Counted from the first letter of the stretch, positions 10,442 through 21,155 are shown. The stretch is DNA of 64,000 nt from Nitrospirota bacterium (GCA_963699545.1 CAVOUE010000006.1:64001-128000), one strand, 5' to 3'. Notes: generated from the sequence alone by a model not told the origin. Program-made: numbers and translations.

Positions 10442-11611
10442 ATGAAAGACGATAAGAAGGGATCCGTATCTGTGCCCCGATGCGGCTGTGCAAGTTACGC
10501 TGGCAATGTGGATCACAAACCTGTGGCGGAATCTTGTTGCCCCGGAACCCGGGGGAAAGCGCCGGGATGGGTGACCGGAACTGTTGCGTCCCCAATCGGC
10601 TTGATCTTCCGGGTGTCGCCCGAACTTTCAAGAGCGGATATTTGGGAGCACGTCAAATGCAGAATAAGCGCATTCAGGAACGGTTATACGGTTGACCCCG
10701 GCCTGTACGCCGTGGGCGATCCGGATAAAGACTCTGATGTCCTTGCAAGTGCAAACTATAAGTTCAGTTTTGATATGCTCAGGAGCGAACTGAAAGGGCT
10801 TAATGTCTGGCTCCTTGTTCTGGATACGAAAGGTATCAATGTATGGTGTGCCGCAGGGAAGAGTACCTTTGGCAGCGATGAGCTGGCGAAACGCATTTCC
10901 ATGACCCAGTTAGATAAAGTAGTCGCGCACAAAAGGGTTATCGTTCCCCAGCTTGGTGCGCCAGGGGTTAGTGCACATCGGGTAAAACAGGCTACCGGGT
11001 TCAAGGTCTTTTTCGGACCGGTATATGCTCAAGATATCTCCGCGTATGTCAGGGGAGGATATAAAGCAACGAGAGAGATGCGAAGAGTGAAGTTCAGCTT
11101 TTCTGACAGGCTTGTTCTCACTCCCATGGAAATCAATCCTGCGATGAAGAAATACTATCCCTTATATGCTCTCCTCATACTATGCATTTTTGGGCTTTCC
11201 CCATCGGGTATCTCGTTCAGAGACGCATTCACCGGCGGCCTGCCCTTTCTCCTTCTCGGCCTTGTATCAGTGCTTTCCGGGGCATTGTTCACCCCTCTGC
11301 TTCTCCCTTTCGTTCCTTTCAGGTCTTTTGCCGTCAAGGGGTGGATTGTCGGAATGCTTTCTGTCTTTCTTTCGCTTACACTGATCTCTCCCCTCAATCC
11401 GTCGAATACGACACTTCTCATTTTCACCTATCTGTTCTTCCCTCTGTTAAGTTCCTATGTTGCGCTTCAGTTCACCGGGTCAACTACGTTTACGGGGATG
11501 TCGGGGGTGAAGAAGGAACTGAGGATCGCTATCCCTGCTTACCTTTTTTCGGGTGGAGTTTCCCTGGTCCTGCTGTCAATATTCACACTTGCCCGGTGGG
11601 GGCTCTTATGA
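10442..11611 (+). CDS. hgcA: Mercury methylation corrinoid protein (start 10412 or 10442)
   Basis: Cap-helix motif GINVWCAAGK, PGLYAVG, PQLGAPGV, C-terminal TM helices, FTGSTTFTGMSGVKKE. Confidence 0.98.
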   Translation: MKDDKKGSVSVPRCGCASYAGNVDHKPVAESCCPGTRGKAPGWVTGTVASPIGLIFRVSPELSRADIWEHVKCRISAFRNGYTVDPGLYAVGDPDKDSDVLASANYKFSFDMLRSELKGLNVWLLVLDTKGINVWCAAGKSTFGSDELAKRISMTQLDKVVAHKRVIVPQLGAPGVSAHRVKQATGFKVFFGPVYAQDISAYVRGGYKATREMRRVKFSFSDRLVLTPMEINPAMKKYYPLYALLILCIFGLSPSGISFRDAFTGGLPFLLLGLVSVLSGALFTPLLLPFVPFRSFAVKGWIVGMLSVFLSLTLISPLNPSNTTLLIFTYLFFPLLSSYVALQFTGSTTFTGMSGVKKELRIAIPAYLFSGGVSLVLLSIFTLARWGLL

Positions 11612-11904
11612 AATACCTGCTGGGCGTTGCAAGCCTCGAACTTTTCCCAGATAAGTGCACAGGCTGCGGGATGTGCGTCGAAGTGTGCCCCCATGAAGTG
11701 TTCACACTGACGGACAGGACAGTGGCAATCCTGGACAAGGACAGGTGCATGGAGTGCGGAGCCTGCGTGAATAACTGTGCCTTTGGCGCGTTGAGTGTCA
11801 ATAGAGGGGTTGGATGCGCTGCAGCTCTCATCAACAGCATGATCACCGGCGGTGAGCCTTCCTGCGACTGCAGCGAAAAAGGGGAAACGAGTGATTGCTG
11901 CTGA
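11608..11904 (+). CDS. hgcB: Mercury methylation 2[4Fe-4S] ferredoxin
   Basis: ATGA overlap with hgcA stop; CTGCGMCVEVCP and CMECGACVNNC; GVGCAAA; C-terminal CDC...SDCC. Confidence 0.97.
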   Translation: MKYLLGVASLELFPDKCTGCGMCVEVCPHEVFTLTDRTVAILDKDRCMECGACVNNCAFGALSVNRGVGCAAALINSMITGGEPSCDCSEKGETSDCC

Positions 11905-11936
11905 TCTCGTCAAAAAGGAAAGTAAGGAGGAGAAAA

Positions 11937-12188
11937 ATGGATAATCGCACAAAAGAATTGATAGCGGTGGGAGCATCGGTGACCGCAAACTGTCAGCCAT
12001 GTTTGCAATACCACGTGAGCAAAGCTCTTGAAAGCGGAGCAAATGAAGAGGAAATCAGGGAAGCCGTTTCGGTGGCAAAGATGGTGCGAAAGGGTGCGAT
12101 GGCGAAAATGGACCAGTTTGCTTCAGGTGTATTCAATACCGCAGAAGCAGCAGTACGCCCTTCGAGAGAGGGGTGTGGGTGCAGCTGA
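11937..12188 (+). CDS. Carboxymuconolactone decarboxylase / AhpD-like CxxC protein
   Basis: AAGGAGG RBS; KELIAVGASVTANCQPCLQYH...GANEEEIREA; tail GCGCS. Confidence 0.85.
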   Translation: MDNRTKELIAVGASVTANCQPCLQYHVSKALESGANEEEIREAVSVAKMVRKGAMAKMDQFASGVFNTAEAAVRPSREGCGCS

Positions 12189-12198
12189 CACGACTTGC

Positions 12199-13289
12199 CT
12201 ACGACCGGCTCCGGGAGGTTGAATAGCGAGGCGCAAGGATGGCGAGGATCTGTTCCTGCACTTCTTCCGGCGTCATGATGGCGCCGCCGGGCCTGCCATA
12301 GAAATGGACCTTTGATTTTCCGCTGATCGAGAGTCTCACATCCTCCACCATCTGTCCTGCGTTCAGTTCGATGGTGAGGAATTCCCTCCCCTTTCCGGCG
12401 AGAGCGTGAAGTTCCTTTTCAGGGAAGGGGAAAAGGGTAACGGGCCTGAAGAGCCCCACTCTGAAGCCGTCATGCCTCAGTTTCCTCACCGCGGAATGAG
12501 CGATCCTTGCAGTGATGCCGAAGGCGACGACGATGAGTTCTGCATCATCGGTATAGAAGGTGTCATAACGCACTTCCGTCTCTTTCATCCTCCGGTACTT
12601 CTCCTGCAGGAGATTGTTCCTCATCTCCAGTTCTCCTTCGCCCATATAGAGGGACTTCAGAACATTGGGCTCTCTTCCCCTGCATCCCGTAAGGGCCCAG
12701 GTCTTTTCAGGAAGCCCGGGGTCCACATAGGGAGTCGGGAAAAAGGCTCCATCATCTGCCCGAGTATTCCGTCGGCAAGGATCATTGCAGGGTTCCGGTA
12801 TTCGTCGGACTTGTCAAAGGCGAGCATGGTCGCATCCCAGAGTTCCTGGAGATTGTACGGCGCATAAACGAGGAGCTTGTAGTCACCGTGTCCCCCTCCC
12901 TTCACCGCCTGAAAATAGTCCGCCTGACTGCCTGATATATTCCCAAGACCGGGACCGCCCCGCTGCATGTTCACGATCACTGCGGGAAGTTCCGACCCCA
13001 CCAGGAACGAGATGCCTTCCTGCTTCAGACTTACCCCCGGACTACTGGAGGAGGTCATGGCCCTCGTCCCGCACGCCGAAGCGCCGTACACCATGTTAAT
13101 GGCAGCCAGTTCGCTCTCGGCCTGGATGAATATCCCGTCCACTTCGGGCATCCTCCTGGACATGTACTCAGGGATCTCGTTCTGGGGAGTAATGGGATAC
13201 CCTGCATAAAAACGGCATCCGGCCTGAACAGCAGCCTCTGCTATCACCTCGTTGCCCTTCATGAACAATTTCTCCTGCATGGGTTGCAT
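12199..13289 (-). CDS. vorB: 2-oxoacid:ferredoxin oxidoreductase alpha subunit (VorB-like), frameshift near 12730
   Basis: [30 protein letters not shown]-terminal [12 protein letters not shown] and ELNAGQM are in ORF 12199..12726. Confidence 0.88.
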
Positions 13290-13446
13290 TATACCATATT
13301 CCGGGAAGCGGGAATTGGCCCCTATGAAGAACCCTGCGGCAAAAAAACGCAGGGTTCTTAACGTAATGAACCATTTGCTATTATATTCGCTCGCTAACCC
13401 CGCAGCCCGCCTGAGGCGGAGGGAATGCGCTCGCTGTCCGTTTCAT

Positions 13447-13476
13447 TTGACAAAATTTAGGCCCTTCTTATATGAT
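13447..13476 (+). promoter_or_regulatory. Putative sigma70 promoter of glyQS
   Basis: TTGACA-18 nt-TATGAT, 14 nt before the ATG at 13491. Confidence 0.55.
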
Positions 13477-13490
13477 TTCCTGACATCGTC

Positions 13491-14408
13491 ATGAATTTTC
13501 AGACCCTCATTTTACGACTCCAAGAATTCTGGGCAAAAAGGGACTGCGTGCTCCTTCAACCCTATGATATGGAAGTGGGAGCGGGGACTTTCCATCCTGC
13601 TACCTTCTTCAGGGTTCTCGGTCCTGAGCCGTGGAGGGTGGCGTATGTAGAACCTTCACGGAGACCCACGGACGGCAGGTATGGAGAGAACCCCAACCGG
13701 CTCCAGCATTATTACCAGTACCAGGTTATCCTGAAACCCTCTCCCCTTGAGAGCCAGCAGCTCTACCTCGACAGTCTCATCCATCTCGGCATCGACCCGT
13801 TGAAACACGACATACGGTTTGTGGAGGATGACTGGGAATCGCCCACCCTCGGAGCATGGGGCCTTGGGTGGGAGGTGTGGCTCGACGGCATGGAGATCAC
13901 CCAGTTCACGTATTTCCAGCAGGTGGGGGGCATTGACCTGAAACCGGTCGCTGTGGAGATCACCTACGGCCTCGAAAGGATCGCCATGTACCTGCAGGGA
14001 GTGGACAATGTTTACAACCTTGACTGGGGCAGCGGCGTCAGGTACGGAGATATCCACCACATTGAAGAAGTGGAATTCTCAAAGTACAATTTCGATTTTG
14101 CTGATACCGAGCTGCTCATGAAGGAGTTTGAGGCCTACGAAAAAGAATCAAGGAGACTGAACGGGCTCGGCCTTGTCACGCCCTCCTACGAGTTCTGCCT
14201 CAAATGTTCCCATACCTTCAACCTCCTGGATGCCAGGGGAGCTTTCTCTGTCACTGAGAGGACAGGGTACATCGCCCGCGTCCGGGGAATTGCAAAGCTT
14301 TGTGCAGAGGCGTTTCTGAAGCAGAGAGAAGAGCTGGGATTTCCGCTCTTGAAAGACAACGATATTACAGCGCCGGGGAAAGAACTGAAAAATGCAGCAG
14401 ACAAATAG
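13491..14408 (+). CDS. glyQ: Glycine--tRNA ligase alpha subunit
   Basis: [48 protein letters not shown]. Confidence 0.99.
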   Translation: MNFQTLILRLQEFWAKRDCVLLQPYDMEVGAGTFHPATFFRVLGPEPWRVAYVEPSRRPTDGRYGENPNRLQHYYQYQVILKPSPLESQQLYLDSLIHLGIDPLKHDIRFVEDDWESPTLGAWGLGWEVWLDGMEITQFTYFQQVGGIDLKPVAVEITYGLERIAMYLQGVDNVYNLDWGSGVRYGDIHHIEEVEFSKYNFDFADTELLMKEFEAYEKESRRLNGLGLVTPSYEFCLKCSHTFNLLDARGAFSVTERTGYIARVRGIAKLCAEAFLKQREELGFPLLKDNDITAPGKELKNAADK

Positions 14409-16502
14409 CTCAGCCGTTCCCCCACAGCCGGACCGTCTTTCATCCCTTCTGCTTGAAATGGGCACTGAGGAGGTTCCCGCCAGGTTCCTGCCCCCTGCCC
14501 TTGCCATGCTGAGGGACAATACCGAATCCATTTTCAACGACTCCCTTATCGGTTTTACAGACATTCAGACCTATGCTACCCCGAGGCGCCTCACGGTACT
14601 GGTGAAAGGCATCCCCCCCATGCAAAAAGACAGGGCAAAGGAGGTCTTCGGTCCTTCGAAAAAGGCGGCATTTGATGAATCAGGCAATCCCACAAGGGCC
14701 GCCGCCGGCTTTGCCCAGTCCCAGGGAGTGGAGGTCGCCGACCTTGTGATCAGGAATAAGGACAAAGGGGAATATGTGGTTGCGGTGATCAGGCAGGAAG
14801 GCATTGCGGTCAGAGACCTCCTTCCCGGAGTGCTTAGTAAGGTGGTGCTGTCTTTGAGCTTTCCGAAATCCATGAGGTGGGGCAGCGGCAGTCTGAGATT
14901 TGTAAGGCCCCTTCACTGGCTGCTGGCCCTCCTTGACGGGGAGACCGTCCCTTTCGATATCGACGGGATACGGAGCGGGAATATCACAAAGGGCCACCGT
15001 TTTCTTTCTCCGGGTTCCTTTGCCGTAAAGGAGATACCGTCTTACACCCACCTTCTCGAGAATAACTATGTGGTCGTGGACCAGGATGAGAGAAGGAGGA
15101 GGATCGATTCGGGCATCGCAGCCCTTGCCTCTTCGGTGGGGGGAAAGGTGACGAATGACCGGGAACTCCTTGAGACCGTCACCTATCTTGTGGAGTACCC
15201 GGTGCCGGTCCTGTGTGAATTCCCCGAGGACTATCTCCGTCTCCCCAGGGAACTTCTTGTGACCGTGATGAAGGGCCACCAGAAATACTTTGCGGTGGAG
15301 GGAGAAGACGGGAAGCTCAAGAACAGTTTCATCGTCATCAGCAATACAAAGGACGAGAACGCTGAGACCATCAGAACGGGTGCGGAACGGGTCATAAAGG
15401 CACGGTTCGAAGATGCACGGTTTTACTATGAGGACGATATCAGGAAGCCCCTGAAGGAAAGGATAGAGGACCTCAAGCGGGTGACCTTCCATGACAAACT
15501 GGGAACGCTCCATGACAAGACAGAGAGGATCGTTGCTCTGGCATCATACGTCGCCAGCAGACTTTGCCCTGATACAATGAACGTTATTGAGAGGGCTGCA
15601 CGTCTCAGCAAGACCGATCTCATCACCGGCGTCGTGGGTGAATTCCCGGAGCTGCAGGGCCTCATGGGCAGATACTATGCGCTGAATGACGGCGAAGGCA
15701 GCGAAGTGGCGGAGACGATCCTGCAGCAGTACCTGCCGGCCCATTCCGGCGACAGACTTCCGGAATCTGACGAAGGCGCCATTCTCAGCCTCTCGGACAA
15801 AGTGGACAACATCGTTTCATTCTTTGCCATCGGTTCTACGCCCACCGGCTCGGAAGACCCCTTTGCACTGAGGAGGCAGGCCCTGGCAGTAATCGCCATC
15901 CTCCTGGAAAAGGGCTATGACATTACATTGGAAGAGATGGTCAGGAAGGCTGAAGAGAAGGCATGCGGAGCCCGGCTCTCTCTCCTGACCGAGGTTCTTA
16001 CCTTCTTCAGCCAGAGAATGGAACCACTGCTTTCCTCCCAGGGCCACGCACCTGATATCATCCAGTCGGTCATCCGCTTCGTGAGGCGAGTGTTCCGCTG
16101 CGGGAGATCAGGGAGAGGATCGCTGCCATTAACGCGTTTCACCTCCGACACCGAGTACAATGCGTTCCTCCTTGCGATGAAACGCATAAACAATATCGTC
16201 CCCGATACGGAGTTACCGCAGGTATCAAAGGACCTCCTCAGGAAGTGGAAGAAAAGATCCTCTTTGCCGAGTTACTCTCCACGGCAAAGCCGGCCTTGCA
16301 CACACTGCTGCAGGAGGGAAATTACTACGAGGCACTTAAGGTGTCATCCACGCTGACCAAATTTATCAACAGTTTCTTTGACGGGGTCCTGGTGATGGAC
16401 AAGAGGGATGAGGTCAAGCTGAACAGGTTCGCCCTTCTCAGGGAAATCTGGACCATGACCTCTCCCATTGCGGACTTCTCCAAACTTAAGGAGACCAGGT
16501 AA
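14392..16502 (+). CDS. glyS: Glycine--tRNA ligase beta subunit, with frameshift error(s) in the 3' part
   Basis: [41 protein letters not shown]-terminus FFDGVLVMD...NRFALL...ADFSKL in ORF 16245..16502. Confidence 0.96.
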
Positions 16503-16767
16503 CTTCAGTCCTCGCGTTCTCACAGCCCCCGCTGCTGCAAACGTCTTCTCTCCCTGCTCTTAGCTCACATTATGTCTCAGCCCGGGAACAGAAATAGGAT
16601 TTCCCAAATCTTCCCTCTCTCCCCTCCCACAAGAGGAGGGGACTTGTTGGAGATCGAGTTTTTCTATCCCTGTTTTTGGGCTTGGCATAGGGATAGATAT
16701 TGCGGAGCTTCTGTGATAAGATTTGGATATGTTCAAAAGGGATTCCCGGTTATGAAAGGAGGTCATG

Positions 16768-16935
16768 ATGCCGGCATATGAATATGGTTGCAAAGACTGT
16801 AACGGGGAATTCGTCGTCTTCCTCTCCATCAAGGAATATGACGCAAAGCCGAAGATCAAATGTCCTCACTGCGGGAGCGACAACGTGGTAAAAAAAATTA
16901 CGAGTTTCTTCGCCAAGACAAGCAGGAAATCATAA
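16768..16935 (+). CDS. FmdB-family zinc-ribbon protein (below ORF-track cutoff)
   Basis: AGGAGG RBS; MPAYEYGCKDC...KCPHCGSDNVVKKITSFFAKTSRKS. Confidence 0.9.
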   Translation: MPAYEYGCKDCNGEFVVFLSIKEYDAKPKIKCPHCGSDNVVKKITSFFAKTSRKS

Positions 16936-16986
16936 AAGCTTGACGGAGATTAAGAAAAGCAACAGGTAATAATCTCAGGAGGGGGA

Positions 16987-17454
16987 ATGGAAAAGAAAGG
17001 ATCTCCAAAGGTCACGGGGATATCGGATATTACAGGGAAAACCGTGAAGGTCCGTCACGCCATTGATGCGGACATGACATTCATTGAGGAAGAGCTGAAA
17101 AAGAGCGGCATCGATGCGGGAACCCTGGACTATGGCGAATTCGTGGTCGCCACGGAAGACGGGAACATAGCAGGCTTCGGCAGGCTGAGAAGGACAGGGA
17201 AGTTCTATCAGATCGGCTGTGTTGTGGTGGTAGAGAAGAAGAGGGGCCAGGGCATAGGCGCGCTCATCGTGAAGCACCTTTTGGACTTCGCCGAAGTGGA
17301 TATGGTGTACATCCTGACAGACCTGGTGGACTATTTCAGGAAACTCGGTTTCGTGGAGATGAAGGAAGGCTCCAAGGAGCTCTTCGATGCCCTGGACGAG
17401 GAGTGTAAGGTCAAGGGCATGCCCAATACCGTCATTATGATGCACGGAAAGTAA
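16987..17454 (+). CDS. GNAT N-acetyltransferase
   Basis: IAGFGRL, acetyl-CoA motif VVVEKKRGQGIG, YFRKLGF. Confidence 0.88.
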   Translation: MEKKGSPKVTGISDITGKTVKVRHAIDADMTFIEEELKKSGIDAGTLDYGEFVVATEDGNIAGFGRLRRTGKFYQIGCVVVVEKKRGQGIGALIVKHLLDFAEVDMVYILTDLVDYFRKLGFVEMKEGSKELFDALDEECKVKGMPNTVIMMHGK

Positions 17455-17591
17455 CCGCGAACCGAAGTAGGGTCATTCTGTTCACCCCGCCCTGTCCCCG
17501 GGGTAGCATAGTGCGGTGGCCAACTATTGACTTTTTAATGGATTTTCTATTATCCTATTGAACTTTTTGATAACGATAAGGATGGTGCTTA

Positions 17592-18018
17592 ATGAGGACG
17601 CAGTTTGCAAAGAAAAACGAGGTAGAACGGAAATGGTATCTCTTTGATGCCAGGGACAGGGTACTGGGAAGGCTTGCCACCAGGATAGCGACGTATCTCA
17701 GGGGAAAGAACAAGCCGCTCTTTACCCCGAACGTGGATACGGGGGACTTTGTGGTTGTGGTGAATGCCGAGAAGATCAAGCTCACCGGGAAAAAACTGGA
17801 TGATAAGGTCTATTACCACCACTACAGGGTATATCGGCGGGATAAAGGCAATCACTGCAAAGGAACGCATGGACAAAGACCCTGAAGGGATGATCGTGGA
17901 CGCAGTGTGGGGCATGCTCCCCAAGGGCAGGCTCGGCAGGGCCATGCTGAAGAAGCTCAAGGTGTACCGGGGCTCTGAACACCCCCATTCCGCTCAAAAA
18001 CCCGAAATAATACAGTAA
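17592..18018 (+). CDS. rplM: 50S ribosomal protein L13, +1 error near 17822
   Basis: VLGRLAT...[18 protein letters not shown]-terminus TGYIGG...[10 protein letters not shown]...HPHSAQKP in the next frame. Confidence 0.97.
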
Positions 18019-18028
18019 AGGAGTTCAC

Positions 18029-18421
18029 ATGGTAGAAATCAGATACAACGCCACCGGCAGGAGAAAGACATCCATTGCCAGGGTGCTCGTCTCGTCGGGC
18101 AATGGTCAGATCACGGTCAATGAAAAACCGGTAGATTCCTATTTTCCGAGAGAGACCCTCAGGATGATGATACGTCAACCCCTTGAACTCACCGGGATGA
18201 TCGGAAAGCTCAACGTATCCGCAAAGGTCGAAGGCGGAGGGCTCACCGGACAGGCCGGGGCACTGAAACACGGTATTTCAAGGGCCCTGACCCAGCTGGA
18301 CAGTGACCTGCGGTCAAAGCTGAAGAAAGAAGGATTCCTTACGAGGGATCCGAGGGAGAAGGAAAGAAAGAAGTACGGTCAGAAAGGCGCAAGAAAGAGA
18401 TTCCAGTTCTCCAAGAGATAA
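18029..18421 (+). CDS. rpsI: 30S ribosomal protein S9
   Basis: [40 protein letters not shown]. Confidence 0.99.
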   Translation: MVEIRYNATGRRKTSIARVLVSSGNGQITVNEKPVDSYFPRETLRMMIRQPLELTGMIGKLNVSAKVEGGGLTGQAGALKHGISRALTQLDSDLRSKLKKEGFLTRDPREKERKKYGQKGARKRFQFSKR

Positions 18422-18428
18422 TTCCGGG

Positions 18429-19469
18429 ATGCTAAGAGTAGCCATATGCGGCGGCAGCGGTTATGCCGGGGCAGAACTTCTGCGGATACTGGCTGCTCAC
18501 CCGCACGTGAAGGTCACTGTTGTTACCTCAGAAAAATCCGCAGGAAAAAGAGTTGCCGACCTCTTCCCGCATCTCCAGAGGTATGAGAACCTCGTCTATG
18601 AACCCCTGGACAGGGAGAAGATCATCTCCAAGGCGGAGCTGTTCTTCATGGCCCTTCCCCATGCGGCATCACAGGTTGCGGTGGACTTCTTTGTCTCGCA
18701 CGGGAAAAAAGTCATTGATCTTTCGGCCGATTACCGGTTAAGGGATGCCAGGACCTATGAGGAATGGTACAAGGTCCCCCATATGTTCCCGGGAACCCTG
18801 AAGAAAGCGGTTTACGGGCTTCCGGAGCTTCACAGAAAAAAGATCGCGAAGGCGAGCCTCGTGGCAAATCCCGGGTGTTATCCCACCGGGGCGATAATCG
18901 CTCTCGCCCCTGCCGTCAGGAATGGTCTTGTTAAGCTCAGCTCTATTGTCATCGATTCCAAGTCAGGCACTTCAGGCGCCGGGAGACAGTCCGAGGTCTC
19001 CTTCTCCTACTGTGAAGTGAACGAGGGATTCAAGGCATACAGCGTGGCCTCCCACCGGCACACCCCGGAGATCGAGCAGGAACTCTCTGCGGTGGCGGGA
19101 AAAGGTATCAAGGTGAACTTTACTCCACACCTCCTGCCTGTTGACAGGGGCATATTGACCACCGTCTATGCAAGTCTCGCAAAGGGCCTTGAGGGAAAAC
19201 ATATCCACGATATCTACCGGGCCGCGTACGGGAAAGAACCGTTCACAAGGGTCCTCGAAATGGGCAAGTTCCCCAACGTGAAGAATGTCAGAGGCACCAA
19301 CCTCTGCGAATTGGGGGTCACCGTGAACGAGAGGACCGGTACTCTCATCGCCGTTGCTGCCATCGATAACCTCGTGAAGGGCGCATCCGGTCAGGCGGTG
19401 CACAACATGAATATCATGATGGGCTTTGATGAGACAGAGGCCCTCAATGCCATTGCCCTCTTCCCCTGA
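18429..19469 (+). CDS. argC: N-acetyl-gamma-glutamyl-phosphate reductase
   Basis: GGSGYAG, VANPGCYPT, SGTSGAGR, DNLVKGASGQA. Confidence 0.98.
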   Translation: MLRVAICGGSGYAGAELLRILAAHPHVKVTVVTSEKSAGKRVADLFPHLQRYENLVYEPLDREKIISKAELFFMALPHAASQVAVDFFVSHGKKVIDLSADYRLRDARTYEEWYKVPHMFPGTLKKAVYGLPELHRKKIAKASLVANPGCYPTGAIIALAPAVRNGLVKLSSIVIDSKSGTSGAGRQSEVSFSYCEVNEGFKAYSVASHRHTPEIEQELSAVAGKGIKVNFTPHLLPVDRGILTTVYASLAKGLEGKHIHDIYRAAYGKEPFTRVLEMGKFPNVKNVRGTNLCELGVTVNERTGTLIAVAAIDNLVKGASGQAVHNMNIMMGFDETEALNAIALFP

Positions 19470-19640
19470 TAAACAAAGGTTCACAAATCCACGGGCCGAG
19501 GGAATGCGCCTGAGGGCGCTCTATCGGGACTACGTCCTCAAAGGAAAGGTCAGACTTCCTGCAGAGGCGATCAAAGCACTCATAGGCCCCGACTGCGCCT
19601 ATCACCTCTACCGGTTATCCCCTAAAAGAAAACAGGGACC

Positions 19641-19868
19641 CTAGACGGACTCCACAGAAGCTATTTCAGGCAGCTTCTGTTTCAGCGTAGCTTCAATGCC
19701 TCTCTTCAGTGTCAATATAGACATCGGGCACGTGCCGCATGCGCCGACGAGCTTCACCTTCACTACCCCTTCCGGTGTCACATCCACAAGTTCCACGTTC
19801 CCGCCGTCACGCTGCAGCGCCGGTCTTATCACATTAAGTGCATCTTCAACCTTCGACCTGTCGATCAT
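19641..19868 (-). CDS. NifU/Nfu-family Fe-S carrier
   Basis: IRPALQRDGGNVEL...GACGTCPMS...TLKRGIE. Confidence 0.95.
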   Translation of the reverse strand: MIDRSKVEDALNVIRPALQRDGGNVELVDVTPEGVVKVKLVGACGTCPMSILTLKRGIEATLKQKLPEIASVESV

Positions 19869-19945
19869 TTTCGCACCTCCTGACTTTTATTATATAGCAT
19901 AACGGAATTCCTGCAAGCTATCCATGACACATATCATAAGAGAAA

Positions 19946-19980
19946 GGGGTTAAGGGGTCCGGGGTTCAAGGGGTCAAGGG
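19946..19980. repeat. Short G-rich tandem repeat (AGGGGTTA / AGGGGTCC / GGGGTTCA / AGGGGTCA)
   Basis: aggggttaaggggtccggggttcaaggggtcaaggg read directly from the sequence. Confidence 0.6.
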
Positions 19981-19999
19981 AAAAGAAGAATGAGGACCG

Positions 20000-20050
20000 C
20001 TATTTGTTCAGAACCTTTGCGGCATCCTTTGCAAAATAGGTAAGTATGAG
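20000..20050 (-). repeat. Displaced duplicate of the hemB 3' end (attR-like)
   Basis: Encodes [16 protein letters not shown]; 45/51 nt identical to 22598..22648, all 6 differences synonymous. Confidence 0.95.
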
Positions 20051-20087
20051 AAAAATAGTATTTTGTTCCTTTATTTTTCCTTCGTCA

Positions 20088-21155
20088 TTATGTCGCCATT
20101 ACACTAACTGGTAGGATGTTGTAGCCATAATTATAGCTCTTATCATAGACATAAGTATTGCCGTCTATCATAGAAATTATGTATGCACTTGCATCACCAG
20201 TGGATGTCCAGTAATAGGCAGGTGCAACATTTCTAAAGCCGATGATTTTCAACAAAGAAGATATATCCTTCTCGTACCCTGTCTGACTCTTGGCAAAGTC
20301 AATAATAGTTTTCAATTCATCCAGAGAAGGAAGCCTCCAGTCGCTCCGTCCTGCATACAGGTCGCTATTCATGTTTGACAAGTATTCAAGAACAACACTC
20401 CATCTCATGCCTCCGCCCATATTTGCCTGCTTTGGCCATATTAGTCCTGTTTTTTTGTCTTGGATTATCAAATCCGAAAACAAAAACCTCATCTCAACTG
20501 CTTGTTTGATAGCTTGTTTCCCTTGCTCCTGTGCTTGCTTGATGGCTTGGTAACTTTTCTCTCGTTCTTCTGCCTCTGCTTGCACTCGCTTGATAGCCTG
20601 GTAACGTTTCTCGCGTTCTTCTGCTTCTGCTTGTGCTTGTTCGATCGTTCGGACACGTTTCTCTTGCTCGTTTGTTTCTGAGTTAGTCAATGTGTTTTTA
20701 CTGGACCACCGTTCAAAAAGAGTACCACCAATATTCGGAGAAAACTCTTTGATCGCATCGTCCATCTTCGTAATATATCTATTCAAAAGGCTGATAATAT
20801 TATTACCGTTAATTAATTCGATTGCTTTATTCTGGCTGAAAGAAATTGCTTGTTTGGTAAAATCAGAAGTTGTTATTAGGATTCCTTTATTGGCATTTTC
20901 GTGCATCATCGCACCGTACAACTCTCTCACTATGGGTTCGCCAACATTATTGCCAGGCGTGTATTTCTTGCACTGAATCACATAACGACCACCCACAATA
21001 GGTTGCTCACTCACTGCGATTATGTCTATACCACCATCACCCGAAATTTTGGTAGTGGAAGCATTGAATTGCATTTTTGTCAGTAAAGTTCTTATTAGTT
21101 CCTCGAACTCACGCGGAGCCAATTTTAAAAGGCTGTCGATTTCAAAAAGTTCCAT
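20088..21155 (-). CDS. Mrr-like PD-(D/E)xK endonuclease fused to a coiled-coil repeat and a DUF1566 (Lcl C-terminal) domain
   Basis: PREFEELI...SGDGGIDI...IQCKKY...VRELYG...ITTSDFT; QAEAEEREKxYQAIK x2; DKKTGLIW...GRSDWRLPSLDEL...YYWTST. Confidence 0.85.
   Translation of the reverse strand: MELFEIDSLLKLAPREFEELIRTLLTKMQFNASTTKISGDGGIDIIAVSEQPIVGGRYVIQCKKYTPGNNVGEPIVRELYGAMMHENANKGILITTSDFTKQAISFSQNKAIELINGNNIISLLNRYITKMDDAIKEFSPNIGGTLFERWSSKNTLTNSETNEQEKRVRTIEQAQAEAEEREKRYQAIKRVQAEAEEREKSYQAIKQAQEQGKQAIKQAVEMRFLFSDLIIQDKKTGLIWPKQANMGGGMRWSVVLEYLSNMNSDLYAGRSDWRLPSLDELKTIIDFAKSQTGYEKDISSLLKIIGFRNVAPAYYWTSTGDASAYIISMIDGNTYVYDKSYNYGYNILPVSVMAT

Noticed and set aside
11182-11904. 240-aa ORF suggesting an extended HgcB
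   Set aside because: The upstream part is an alternate frame of hgcA; HgcB starts at ATG 11608.
11896-11925. Selenocysteine read-through of the hgcB TGA (CC-U-SRQKGK)
   Set aside because: No SECIS-like hairpin visible; the downstream bases are A-rich and contain the next RBS.
20088-20480. Diversity-generating retroelement targeting DUF1566
   Set aside because: No reverse transcriptase or template repeat in the window.
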